A DNA stretch of 64,000 bases from Candidatus Calescibacterium sp. Lineage in GTDB: Bacteria > Calescibacteriota > Calescibacteriia > Calescibacteriales > Calescibacteriaceae. The stretch lies in NCBI GenBank assembly GCA_032249135.1, contig JAVVGL010000006.1, forward strand, positions 1-64,000, written 5' to 3'. The translations under genes and the position numbers were made by a program. The notes below the pieces were generated by a model. The model was not told where the DNA came from, searched no databases, and saw only the letters and a list, made by a program, of their open reading frames with translations. This document shows positions 47,145-58,600 of the stretch, piece by piece; within the stretch, counting starts at the first letter, position 1; the number at the start of each line of letters is the position of its first letter.

Positions 47145-47870
47145 ATGGAAGAGCGGAGTAAACCCGGTACTTTTTTTCGGTTTTTGTTTTTGTCTTTGAT
47201 TTTTTGGCTTCTTTCTTATTCTTTCTCTCTTTCATTTGCTGACGAAAAAAAATCTGTACTGCAAATTCTGGCTTCTGACATATCCTTTGAATTCCAAAGA
47301 AAAAAGGAGGAGTTTCCAAAAATAATTGTTGGAACTACGGTAGCCTTAACCGCTGCCATACCATTATCTCTGGCTGATCAGTATGTAAGAAACCTTGTTT
47401 TATCTTCTTATAATAAAACAAAATATGCAGGAGAAGTTATGAGTTTTTTAGGTGAAGGAATTTTTCTTGTTCCTTTCTCTTTTGCAGGTTATATTTTTGG
47501 TTTGGTTTCAGATAACGAAAAAGTGAGGTTGGGGTTTATGAGAGCTATTTACAATTTGGCTTTTACTACCTTCATAGTTCAATCTCTGAAATTTTCTGGA
47601 AGAGAGAGACCAGCTTGGGCAGAATACCAATATTCTTTTTCTCCTTTGAGATTTGAAGATAGATGGAGGTCATTTCCGTCAGGACACTCCCAAGCGAGCT
47701 CATCAGTCTATTTCACCGTAGCAAAAGATGTCTGTGAAAGCAAATTATGTTCTGCGGTGTTTTATTCTTTACCTTTTATTGTAGGTGCGGGAAGAATTCT
47801 TGTGAATGATCACTGGCTTTCTGATGTTGCTGGTGGTATAATAATAGGATTTTCATTTGAGGTTTTTTGA
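47145..47870 (+). CDS. PAP2 family phosphatase
   Basis: K...R.RP, SFPSGH, R....HW.SDV. Confidence 0.9.
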   Translation: MEERSKPGTFFRFLFLSLIFWLLSYSFSLSFADEKKSVLQILASDISFEFQRKKEEFPKIIVGTTVALTAAIPLSLADQYVRNLVLSSYNKTKYAGEVMSFLGEGIFLVPFSFAGYIFGLVSDNEKVRLGFMRAIYNLAFTTFIVQSLKFSGRERPAWAEYQYSFSPLRFEDRWRSFPSGHSQASSSVYFTVAKDVCESKLCSAVFYSLPFIVGAGRILVNDHWLSDVAGGIIIGFSFEVF

Positions 47871-47933
47871 AGATACCCAGAGTTAATTTTTTTGAATTCT
47901 GGGGTTAGAATTACTGAATTGGTTTGAAAGACC

Positions 47934-49070
47934 ATGGGCGAGTTAGTAGATATATGTGTTGTTGGTGCCGGACCTGCTGGTCTTTCGTTTGCTTTGAGTT
48001 TTCCTGAAAAAAATAAAATTTTGGTTTTAGAAAAAGAATATTTCCCTCGTGATAAAGTTTGCGGTGGAGGACTTATACCAAAAGCAGTAAAATTACTTTC
48101 TGAGCTCGGACTTGTCCCCGGCAAAGATTTTCCTGCAAAGAAAATAAAAAAGATTGTCTTCTCCTCTGATTTGGGTGAGAAAATTTTTGATGTATCTGAT
48201 AAGAATTTTATGGTAACAAAAAGATTAGATATGGATTTTGCACTTTTCAAAAAAGCAAAGCAATGCGGCGTCAAAATTGAAGAAGGAGTGAAATTTTTGG
48301 GATACTCAGAAAAAAACGGAAAAATTTTGGTTTCAACAACAAAAGGTTATGTTGAGTGCAAAAAACTTGTGATAGCTATGGGTTCTTACCTTAAAAGAGA
48401 CTCCTACAAGGCTGTAAGGTGGTTTGAAAATCAGAATGTAGAAGATAAGATGTTGTTCTCTATTGAAAGTTTTGGAGATGAGTTTGTGTGGTTTTGGAAA
48501 TTTGATGGCTACGGTTTTTCTGATATAGGCTTTATGTCCCTCAACAAAGACCTCCAAAAAATAAAAGAAAAGATGAAAAAAAAGGAAGAAAATGAAAATA
48601 ATAATAACAATAATAAAAGCCAAGTTGAGAACAAAAAAGAATTTTTTGTCATAAATAAGTTCAATCCAAAGACAAAATTCAAAAAAGGAAATGTTTTTTT
48701 TATTGGAGATTCATACGGAGTAGATACTTTGACAGGGGAGGGAATTTCATCTGCCCTTCACCATGGAATAATGCTTTCTCGTGTTTTGCAAGGTGGTTCG
48801 GATTTGAATCCTTTTCTCTTTTTATCTTTTCGGTCTCTTTTTTATTTTTATAGCTCTTCTCTTTTCAGAAGGCTTTTGATCTTCTATTTTTTTTCAAACT
48901 TTTTTTATAGAAACGAGAAAACTTTGGATTTAGCGAAAAAAGTTTTGCTTTCTGATGAGTTTTCAAAATTTGTCAGTGGTTTGAAATTTGAAAGTGATGG
49001 AAAAATATCACAGGTACTGGACTTTTTGAAGATTGTAGCCAAAGTTTATTTCAAAAACTTATTGGTTTGA
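47934..49070 (+). CDS. Geranylgeranyl-reductase-family FAD-dependent oxidoreductase
   Basis: VVGAGPAG, LEK..FPRDKVCGGG, R..MD..L, IGD.......GEGI..A. Confidence 0.8.
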   Translation: MGELVDICVVGAGPAGLSFALSFPEKNKILVLEKEYFPRDKVCGGGLIPKAVKLLSELGLVPGKDFPAKKIKKIVFSSDLGEKIFDVSDKNFMVTKRLDMDFALFKKAKQCGVKIEEGVKFLGYSEKNGKILVSTTKGYVECKKLVIAMGSYLKRDSYKAVRWFENQNVEDKMLFSIESFGDEFVWFWKFDGYGFSDIGFMSLNKDLQKIKEKMKKKEENENNNNNNKSQVENKKEFFVINKFNPKTKFKKGNVFFIGDSYGVDTLTGEGISSALHHGIMLSRVLQGGSDLNPFLFLSFRSLFYFYSSSLFRRLLIFYFFSNFFYRNEKTLDLAKKVLLSDEFSKFVSGLKFESDGKISQVLDFLKIVAKVYFKNLLV

Positions 49071-49127
49071 AATTTGATTAAAATAAAATTGAGTGTAGAG
49101 GAGGGTAAAAAATTAAAAAATAAAAGT

Positions 49128-49934
49128 ATGCAGACTTTCAAGGCTTTAATTTACTCTTTCAGATTCCCTCAGTTTTTCTTCTTTATTTCGGTTTTGATGA
49201 TGGGATTTTTTTCAGGAGGAACAAAACAAATATATTCTATCACTATCATATTAAAGCTTACTTTTTGTGCGGTTTCAATTTTTTTTCTTTGGTGGGGGAA
49301 CTCACTTATTAATGATCTTTACGACCTTGAAATAGACAAAATAACAAATAGATCAAGACCTTTGGTGAGAGGACTTGCAAGACCGGAGGATTTCAAAAAA
49401 TTCGGGTTTTTATTCCTTTTTTTATCTCCTATTCCAGCATTATTTGTTGATTTTTGGGTATTTCTTATAAGCCTTTTGTATGTTTTTTTATCGATTCTGT
49501 ATTCACCTTTGAGATGGGGAAAAAGTCCTTTTTCGTCTTTGTTTATAGCGTGTGGTTCATCTTTGGTTTTCTTGCAGGGGAGCTTGATTTCTGGGAAAAT
49601 AGATTTGATATTTTCTCTTTTTCTTTTCTTATCTTTGTCTTTGGCTACTACATCAAAGGACTTAAAAGATTACGAGGGTGAGAAGGGCAAAGTTTTAAAT
49701 GTCTTTACTTTTTTCGGGAGAGAGAAAGGCAAGGTTATAAATTTTTTCTTGAACTTTTTGGGTATTTTTGTTTGGGTATTTTTGGTTCCAAAACTTTTTT
49801 GGTTTTTAGTTTTTAGTTCTTTGATCCTATCTTTATTTTTCTTCTTCACAGAAAAACTAAAAATCCTTATGTTTCTTTATCTTCTTGTTCTATCTTTTGT
49901 GTTCTTTTTTTATGTAAAACCTTATTATTATTGA
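49128..49934 (+). CDS. UbiA family prenyltransferase
   Basis: NSLINDLYDLEID..N..RPL..G (motif I), YS, KDLKDYEG (motif II); polytopic. ATG 49128 preferred over TTG 49074. Confidence 0.88.
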   Translation: MQTFKALIYSFRFPQFFFFISVLMMGFFSGGTKQIYSITIILKLTFCAVSIFFLWWGNSLINDLYDLEIDKITNRSRPLVRGLARPEDFKKFGFLFLFLSPIPALFVDFWVFLISLLYVFLSILYSPLRWGKSPFSSLFIACGSSLVFLQGSLISGKIDLIFSLFLFLSLSLATTSKDLKDYEGEKGKVLNVFTFFGREKGKVINFFLNFLGIFVWVFLVPKLFWFLVFSSLILSLFFFFTEKLKILMFLYLLVLSFVFFFYVKPYYY

Positions 49935-50983
49935 TTTGACAAAAAGAGGGCTTCAAGGCACAGTGCACAAGATAAAGCTTTTACTCCTAAAAGATATTTT
50001 CTTTCTGGATCACCTGCATAAATGTATTCCGGTTCTTTCATTTCTATTACTTTGTTCATGTGCTCAGAAATTTTCTCTATTTCTGTTCTGTCAAGTTTTG
50101 CATTCAGTTTAAGAAGCGATGAAATTATAGCGCACCTTGTTGTTATGTTTAAATCTTTGTCATAAATTAAGGCGTAAGTTAAGGTTTTTTCAATCTTATC
50201 TTTAATCTCATTTTTATTCTGGCATTTTATATACGGAAGCGCCCTCACTATGTTGTAAAGCGCAAGATAATCTGAAAGGTAATATGTTCTGTACCATATA
50301 TCTTTGAAATTTTGTGGGTTTGAAACAAAGTTATGAATGAATTTACATATTCTCTCAACTCTTTCGTTGTATATATCGTATACTGAAAAAGCCCATAAAA
50401 CATTTGCTGCAATCCCCAAATCCCCAGATTCCGTAAATGGACTCCCACCAGCAATCCAGATTTTTACCGTGCCATCTTCTCTTATGAATTGAGTTAGGCT
50501 TTCTACAAACTCCTTTGGTATATTTTTGAAATTTGTAATTTTGAATATAGCTAAAACTACGGAGGTAGTATCTATATCTGGAATCTCCATAGCTTTGATT
50601 TCTTCTGGTCCGATCAAGCTTTCATATCCCCACAGATACTCTCCTTTTTTGTTTTTATTTTTCCAGACAGATGAAAAAATCTTTTCTGCGAGGTTTTTAC
50701 TTTTTTGTTTTAGTTTTTTGTCTTTTGTTATCTTGGAAAATTGCCATAGTATATAACCTACTTGGACAGAATCAAAAATACTTTTTCCAGTGGAAGTTTT
50801 TCCCTCTATTCTTCTGAACATAGTGTAGTCAAAGAGTGCGGTTTGGTCCAATTTTTTTTCAAAAAAATCAAGTGTTTTTTCGTATTCAGATTTTTGAGGA
50901 CAAACTGAAAACACCAAAGAAAAAAAAGAAAAAGGAAAAAAGAAAAAAAGCAATAACGCCAATAATAATCGTTTAGATTTCAT
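49928..50983 (-). CDS. Exported helical protein, possible alpha/alpha-barrel (terpene cyclase/prenyltransferase-like fold)
   Basis: Signal peptide; WGY...PDIDTTS, REDG..K.W, D...AANVL, YY. Confidence 0.5.
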   Translation of the reverse strand: MKSKRLLLALLLFFFFPFSFFSLVFSVCPQKSEYEKTLDFFEKKLDQTALFDYTMFRRIEGKTSTGKSIFDSVQVGYILWQFSKITKDKKLKQKSKNLAEKIFSSVWKNKNKKGEYLWGYESLIGPEEIKAMEIPDIDTTSVVLAIFKITNFKNIPKEFVESLTQFIREDGTVKIWIAGGSPFTESGDLGIAANVLWAFSVYDIYNERVERICKFIHNFVSNPQNFKDIWYRTYYLSDYLALYNIVRALPYIKCQNKNEIKDKIEKTLTYALIYDKDLNITTRCAIISSLLKLNAKLDRTEIEKISEHMNKVIEMKEPEYIYAGDPERKYLLGVKALSCALCLEALFLSNQ

Positions 50984-51085
50984 TTTGCAACTTATATTTT
51001 AATTTTGTAATGTAAAGAGAATTTTTTATTTCCGTTTATTTTTTAAATTTTTTGTAGCTATATTTTTTATAGCAGGTGAGAAAAT

Positions 51086-51718
51086 ATGCGGAAATCGTTA
51101 TCAGAAGAAGCTACTGAGGTTTTAGAAAGTAAGCTCGGTAAGGCGGAGGCGAAAGCTTTTGTGAGAGCTGTTGATGAAGTAATATCACAAATTACTGAAA
51201 TCAAATGGAAAACAACAAAAGATGAGCTCCTTAGTGCAATAAGAGAAGAATTCATAAATAAAAATGTCTTTGAAGAAAGAACATTAGCAATACAGCAAAG
51301 TATTAACTCATCAAAGTTAGAGCTTAATGCAAGGATAGACGGGGTTAATGCAAAGGTAGACGGAGTCAAAATGGAGCTTAATGCAAGGATAGAAGGGGTA
51401 AGAGCAGAGCTTACTGAAAAGATAGACGGAGTTAAGATGGAGCTTAATGCAAGGATAGATGGGGTTAATGTAAAGGTAGATAGTATCAAGGCAGAGCTTG
51501 ATGCGAAGATAGAAGGAGTCAGAGCAGAGCTTACTGAAAAGATAGAAGGAGTTAAGACGGAGCTCAGTGCAAAAATAGATAAAGTAAAGTCAGACCTTGA
51601 AAGACAAATACAAAAAACTGATATGAAGCTTAATTTCCTTATTGTATTGACTATTATTGCCATTACTCTTATGAACCCAGTTGTAGCTGAAATCATAAAA
51701 TCACTTCTCAAATTTTGA
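51086..51718 (+). CDS. DUF1640/CCDC90-like membrane-anchored coiled-coil repeat protein
   Basis: Head domain, TTKDEL neck, 11- and 18-aa repeats, C-terminal TM (FLIVLTIIAITLMNP). Confidence 0.75.
   Translation: MRKSLSEEATEVLESKLGKAEAKAFVRAVDEVISQITEIKWKTTKDELLSAIREEFINKNVFEERTLAIQQSINSSKLELNARIDGVNAKVDGVKMELNARIEGVRAELTEKIDGVKMELNARIDGVNVKVDSIKAELDAKIEGVRAELTEKIEGVKTELSAKIDKVKSDLERQIQKTDMKLNFLIVLTIIAITLMNPVVAEIIKSLLKF
51320..51586 (+). repeat. Coding tandem repeat: 120-bp unit (54+33+33 bp) x2 plus partial
   Basis: Units begin gagctt at 51320, 51374, 51407, 51440, 51494, 51527 and gagctc at 51560. Confidence 0.9.
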
Positions 51719-51775
51719 TGACATAATTTTTTCAAATAATTAGAAGGTTCTGAAAACTTGCTCTAAATTAAAAAT

Positions 51776-52600
51776 ATGTCTTGCTCTGTGTTCTTTATTT
51801 TTGCTCTTTTTCTTGTCTCTCAGCAAACAAGTATATATGATGGGATTTTACTTGAAGTTGAAAGACTTGTTGGCTACCTTGAAACCATCCAAAGACAAGA
51901 TGGAAGGTTCTCAAATTCAAACTCAGATTTTGAGGATGTCCTTGTTTTATTTTCTCTTTATGATGCCGAAAGAGTAGCTCACCCCAAAAATAAAATTCAT
52001 GAACATTTTTCAAAAATAATAAGAAAGGCAGATGAAAATGGTGTTTTTTCTTATCTTTCAAATTCCAGGGACCCAAAGGCACGCTTTAAATGGTATAGAT
52101 TTTTGGTCTATACAAATTCTTTGAAGCAACCAGACCTTAAAGCGGAGATAGAGAAGATAGACTGGCAGAAGCAAAACGATGTGGAATTTTTTGCTGTGGT
52201 TCATGAAACCGCCTCAATGGCGGGTCTCAAATATGATTTTTTATGCCAAAAAATTGAAAGTTTCCTTGAAAAATTCATACAAAATCCAAAAATTCAAGAC
52301 CTTGAAAAAGTGTATTTTATTTTTCAGTCGCTCAATTACTCAAACTGTGAAAAGTTTAGCAAACATTCTCCATTTGTTTTTGAGGTTTTGAAAGGGGTGG
52401 AGAAACTTAAAGATCAGCTCAAAAAAAATCCTTCTTTCGTATGTATGTACTTTGATGTTTTATCTAATTTTTCTCGCTCTCGTTCTTTTAACTTTGAAGA
52501 ATTTGAGCTTTTGTTTGATGCTTTGAAAAAAGTGAGGAGACCAAAAGAAGTTGCAATATGTATAAGCTCTGCTGTGAAAGTTCTTTTGAGAAGGATGTAA
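51776..52600 (+). CDS. Exported helical hypothetical protein with QW-like repeat
   Basis: Short signal peptide; YL..IQRQDGRF and ADENGVF resemble prenyltransferase/squalene-cyclase repeats. Confidence 0.5.
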   Translation: MSCSVFFIFALFLVSQQTSIYDGILLEVERLVGYLETIQRQDGRFSNSNSDFEDVLVLFSLYDAERVAHPKNKIHEHFSKIIRKADENGVFSYLSNSRDPKARFKWYRFLVYTNSLKQPDLKAEIEKIDWQKQNDVEFFAVVHETASMAGLKYDFLCQKIESFLEKFIQNPKIQDLEKVYFIFQSLNYSNCEKFSKHSPFVFEVLKGVEKLKDQLKKNPSFVCMYFDVLSNFSRSRSFNFEEFELLFDALKKVRRPKEVAICISSAVKVLLRRM

Positions 52601-52669
52601 TAAAATCTTGTTTTTTCTTCCCAAAATGATTATTATATATAAAAATTGCTAAATTTTTTTGTAAAAGGT

Positions 52670-55600
52670 ATGACAGAACAAAAAAAATTGGGAGCAATTT
52701 TACTCAATATTTTCATCGTCTTATCTTTACCACTGATAATAAAAGGGGAAGAAATAAAAAGAGGAGACACTGATAACCAATATGAAACAAAAGGAGAGAA
52801 CACCTATGACCAATATGACGAACAAAGAATAATGCGCGAATTAGAGCTTTTACCTATACTATCTCTTGAAAGAACAAGGAGAGAAACGGGAAGAGCGGGA
52901 AGAATGTATATTGGGTTTGCTGATGAAGTTTTCAGAGGTAGAATTATTCCGAAAGTTGTTCCAAAAACCGCAACGCTCGCAATTGATGGCATAGGCTGCG
53001 GAATATCAACCGGAAATATCATCGGTCCTTCCTCAACTTGGGGTCAATCATTCCAAGCAAGGTGGGGATATGAAGTACTGAATGTTGGTTGTCCAAACGA
53101 CGATGCCGGTTGGTGTGACGATAAAGACTGGCCAGCACCATCTGCTTGTGTTGATGCTAACAGAGATTATATTTGCGACTGCGGATGGGGCGGATGCGTT
53201 GGAGGTTGTGATGATATAAACGCTCCGGACTGTGGATATAGAGAAAGGTTAGGGGATATGACGGGAGAATTTGAAGGGCTTTTACAATATGTAGCCGAAC
53301 GACTAAAAGAAGCTCTCGTTCAGCGAGATTTGAGAATACTTGTAAATAAATCTCTTTGTGGAAAAGGTAGTTGTGTAGATACACCGTGGCCACTTGACCA
53401 CCTCTGCCTCACAGTAAATCAAGACCCAACAGATAATGCTAATATCAGGGAGAGATGTTGGGCACCGAGTAAGCCTTTGGACCCCTGGGTTGTATACTAC
53501 AACAAAACTTTTGTTGAGGTATTTCCAAATCCCGGTAAAGGAACAATTGATGTTATTTTACTTTTGTGGGCAGAAGGAGGTGTTCCAGGGGACCCTCAAG
53601 GTATCCCTGTGAGTAATAGAAGTAATGGCAACACAAATCCATCAAGTGATGTTTGTGTTGAGTTGAGGTTGTGTGGAGATTCAAGTGGTGGTGGTGCTTT
53701 CTATGCCGATGCCATAGCTATAAAAGCCTCTCTTTATCTTGTGGTTCAAGATAACTTAGTAGATGTCTGTGTAAAAGATACTGAACTTGATATTATAAAT
53801 TCTCATGTTTACCTTGAAGGTTGTGTTGCTGGGTGTTTCTGCGATGCCAATCCAGAAAGCCCGCCTTTGGGTAATCAGAGTTTATCGGATGAAGGATTAG
53901 AGGAGACACTTGGGGCCTCAATTGCTCCTGGAATTGATAATTTCCTTCACGGAAACTGCCCAGGTGATAGAGCCTTATCTTTGTGCCCAAAAGTTGCTTT
54001 CAGAGGTTGGGGTTACCGGGGACCCTGTGCCCCATCAATAGGGTGTAGTTTTGATGCAACAACTGGTGAGATGTCTTGTACTTGTCAGGTCTGCCCTGAA
54101 AATAATAGCTATGGACCTTGCCCCCCTGGTTCTGTGCAGTGCACTCACGGAATTTTTCCTATTGATTTAAATGAGCTTTTGGGAGGGAGAAGCTTTTCTG
54201 TTACGCAATATTGTGGGAGACCTCAACATTTTGCTGGTGAGAATGCCGCGCACCTTGACCCTCTCAAATGTTGGCCAGGACACTACAAAGCAGGCGACCC
54301 AACTCCACCTCCTCCTTTTAACAACCCTCTTACATGGTATGGGACTATGAGCTGTGGTAAGGGGATATATGATATTGGTTGTTATATGTCAAAACCTCCT
54401 ATTTTGACTGGAACCGGTTGTTCTGCTCAGATTGATGCGGCAATAAGACCTCGTGATTTGTCTCAGTCTTGCTCTGAGATGAGTTTTGACGGCTATCCTG
54501 CATCTCCTACCTTTTCGGGGACATCTGGTTTTGTTGTAAGAGCCGCATTTGATGCTGATAACTACACGCCTGAACCTCTTCTTTTTCCTCAGTCGGTCCC
54601 AGCGGCTGGTACAAACTGCAATATTCAGGGAGATGGAGTAGATGATGACAATGGCTACTGTTCTGTTTCAATTCCTTTTACTTTTAATTTTTACTTTGGC
54701 TCATACACTTCTATGTGTATTTCTACTAATGGTTTTGTAAGATTTGGCGCGGCAGGTGCAGATTGTGGAGACGCAACTCCCGACCCCATCCCGTATACTA
54801 ATACTCCTAATGCGTGGGCTGGACCGATGTGGGCAGACCTTTCCATAGAGAACGAGTATCTCTACTATGTCTCAGAAGTTGTTCCAGCAACTTGGATAGA
54901 TGCTTACTCTTGTAGAATCATGGGAGCTATGGATGTTGGGGCGAGCGCGGGCGACCCGTTAGATGATACATTAGTTGGAAATGTAAATTCTGCTTGCGCC
55001 GGCTCAAATATCTGTGGCGTCTCATCCCTTTGCAACGATGAACATTCTGAACCATCCTACACAACATACAACGACTGTTCATATAACCAATCCATAGGAT
55101 GGAGTTTTCCATTTTTTGGTTCAAATTTCTCAAATGTATGCATAAGTTCTAATGGTATAATATATTTTAGGAACGATGGAATATGTCCAGCAGGTGCTTT
55201 GAATATACCAACTTCACCAGCAGCCGGGGGACCTAACTACTCAATAGCAGTCGTATGGAAAGACCTTGACCCCCTCACAATGACCTCAGATGAAGATTGC
55301 AGCGGGTGTGCAAGTTGTTCTTTTCTTTGCACCGGGCATGATAGGCACAGAGGGGAGTTTAATGGCTTTGGTTCGGTCTACAAGCATTACATATCTGGCA
55401 CATGCCCAACTTCCGGTGGTTCGTGTTCCGCTTTGGTTATAACATGGTATAGGGTTGTAGATTTTAATGTCCAACCAAATAATGCAGATAACTGCTCTGA
55501 TAATAACGATTCAAATGCAGATTGTACAAACTACGCAGCTGGAAGAGATTGGTGTGAAGTCAGGGAAGGAAGTAACCTCTATGACTGCGGTTGTAATCCA

Positions 55601-58600
55601 GATTGTGGCGCATATGGTGGTTGCAACGCCACAGACGACAGCAACTGTAGGAGAATTTGCAGGTGTTGTATTCAGGGTTGTCAGGATCAGGCGAGGGCTG
55701 GGCAACCGAATGAATGGGAAGCTTATAAGCGGCAGGTTCAAAACACAAACACATTTCAGGTCGTCTTGTGGCAAGATGGAACAATTGATATAAATGTAAA
55801 GGAATTTACAGATACCGCCGGAAGCTGTAATGGAACAACGCCACGCGCTCGTATGTTTTTGAAACAAAATTCATCAAGATATATTGAGTTAAGCATAGCA
55901 CCGAATAAGTCTTATAGAATCTTCCCCCTGGGTTATGCAAACACAGTTTGTGGTACCGGGCGAGTAATATATGGTTCTGGAACTTGCACAAGAACAACCG
56001 GTTCAGGAACTGCAAACTGTGTCAGAGTCAGATGGGAAAATGTCCATGTGAAAGGGCAAGGCATATGCATAACTATGGAGGCAAGAATTATGCAAGATTA
56101 CACGGGGACGGGAGCGGGAGCAGGTTCAAACTACGATATTGTGTTTTTCATGGAAAGATTTGAGGTTCCGATAGCTTCACTATCTCCGGAGCAAAGGAAA
56201 CAGCTGGCAAGACTATCAGACTTTACAAGGAGCCCCGGTGTGGAAAACGCTGCCGGTGATGTGGGAGCTTATGCTTATATACCTCCTGATGGGAATGGTT
56301 TGGTTATGAGGTGGCAAGGTCCGTGGACATACTGGATTGGTGTGGGTATATCACAAGATTTGATGACTGACGCATCAAACATGCTATACTCTGGGGTGAT
56401 GTGTCTTTCTGCAAATGTGGGCGGAGTTAATACTGCAGATACCCAAAAATACTACGATATTTTTACTACAATTTTACCGTTTAACTTATCATCAGCCGAT
56501 TCTGCAAAAACACTATTTCCATTTATCACGAATTATTGCGATCCGGATGGTCAGGTTGAGTTGAGGATGAAACCATCTGGTGTGACGCAAGCGAGCGCAA
56601 GAACAGGCTTGCAAATCCCATCTGTTTTAATTGCAGGCTCTACCCTTGATACATTCCCTTATGAGGGAGCGCTCGGAATTTCTGTTCCACAAACATGCAC
56701 CGAGTGGGGGTTTTCACGATGTGCAGATGTCGTCTTCTCTTTCCCGAATTTCAAAGCGGAAATTTGGTGCCACAAAAACAACCTCCCAACCTTTGCGTGG
56801 ATAAAAGACGGTATAACAGGTCCTCCAACCTATGTTTTGGGAATAACATCAGATTGGTTTATCGGAGCCGATATAGAATACGCTTACATATCAACGGGAA
56901 TTTCTATGCAGGCAAAATTGCAGGATGCGTCAGGAGGAAATGAATATGTCTATGTGAAAATAGCCGATGTCTCCTGTGCAATAGCTTCGGGAGATATACT
57001 TGAATATTGGATAAGGGTTGACCCAGCTACAAGACGCTGCGCCCTTGATGCATATTTCTCGGGGGGAGGCGTTCTGAGAAATGTACCAGGACTTACCGAC
57101 CAGAACGGAATACCTGCTCACCCTGATGGTAATTTGCAGACTTTCTGTCCTGACCCTAACTGCACAAAGACTGCACCAAACACAAGTTGTAGGTGCCCCG
57201 TACAAGATTGGTATAGGAGAAGAATATCGCTTTCTAGTTTTGCTGGGCAAACTTTGCAGGAGCTTGCAATAGGTGTTGAGGAAGATGCAAACGGTGGATA
57301 TTCTTGCCAAATAATGGGTATTAAGGTTTTAAATAGTTCCGGTGGAGTAAAATGCTCTTTTTCTGGTCTAAGAGATATGGGAATATGGGCTCGAGGAGGG
57401 ATAAGCAGCATGCAACGATATTCTTACTCTGTTGCTGGGAACACCATAGGAGATATATTTATTTTTGCAGATGTGAAACCGAACCCAAGACAGATTCAAT
57501 CTTCTGTTTTGCTACCAAGTCAAATTATAGGAGGAATCGCAGACATTTTCGGAGATATTCTCTCTGGTTGGTTGCAAGGCAGAATAAGAACAAAATTCAA
57601 TATACCTTTGGAAATAAACATGCCTTTGCATTTTGTTTTCAAAAAAGTCAAACCACAAGGACCTGATATTCAAACAGATGAGACTAACTTTAACCCATGG
57701 CTAAGTTATGGTTATCCTCCCGGAAATATAGCTCCTGATTACTTGGTTATTTACATAGATAGATTTTTGGGGAATATAGATGTTGTATCTTTGATGATGG
57801 GTGGTCTTTCTTTGGCTCCACCCGCACCTTATCGTAGGTCTCAAGTTTCAACATCTGAACTTATATCTTTTGATATTCCAGAGTGTTCCGGGAAAGGTGA
57901 AAAATGCGTTCTGACTCCTGATGTTGCTAAAAAATATTTCACAAATTTTGGTCCAAATAATGTGAATTTGAGATTTGGAGGAGGTGTTATAAAATACTCG
58001 TGGAGGAAAAATGGGAGTATGTGGAAGCTTCCAAATTCTGCCGCACAAAGCACACTTGATATAGGTACCTTGCTTGAAGGACCAAACATAATAGAGATAG
58101 CTCCAATATTAGATGATGGGTACTTTTACGATGAAAATCCAGTTATTTTGGCTATATATATGGATACCCAACCACCTTATGTTAGTTTGAGAGGAGGGAG
58201 GGAGCTTGAAACAGGTATTATGTATTTTTCCGGTGTTCCAGTGTTTGTTTTAGAATACTATGATATGAGCGGTGAGGTTTTCTGGTCTTATAAGATAGAT
58301 GATGGTGAGTGGTCAGAATGGATAAAAGGAGGAGTTGATAATAACGGTAGCGGAACAGGTAGAATAAAAGCAGATGTGAGCAAAGGCACACATGTTCTTT
58401 ACCTGAAATTGAAAGATAAATGGGGTAATGAAACATCAATTTCTAAACCATTTTATTTCGCAAAGGAGGGAGTTTTTGGATGCTCATCGCTGAGCGAAGT
58501 TGAAGTCCAAGAGATTGTATGGAAGGGAATTTCTTTTGCTATTTTCTTCTTCCCAGTTTTAGTCGTAGTTCTTATGGTAAAAAGGAACGGTAAAAAAACG

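Noticed and set aside
51320-51586. Regularly spaced repeats suggesting a CRISPR array
   Set aside because: Units are in-frame multiples of 3 inside a coiled-coil ORF, with no unique spacers and no cas genes
51067-51735. 222-aa antisense ORF
   Set aside because: Mirror of the repeat-rich plus-strand gene, which has a recognisable head-stalk-TM architecture
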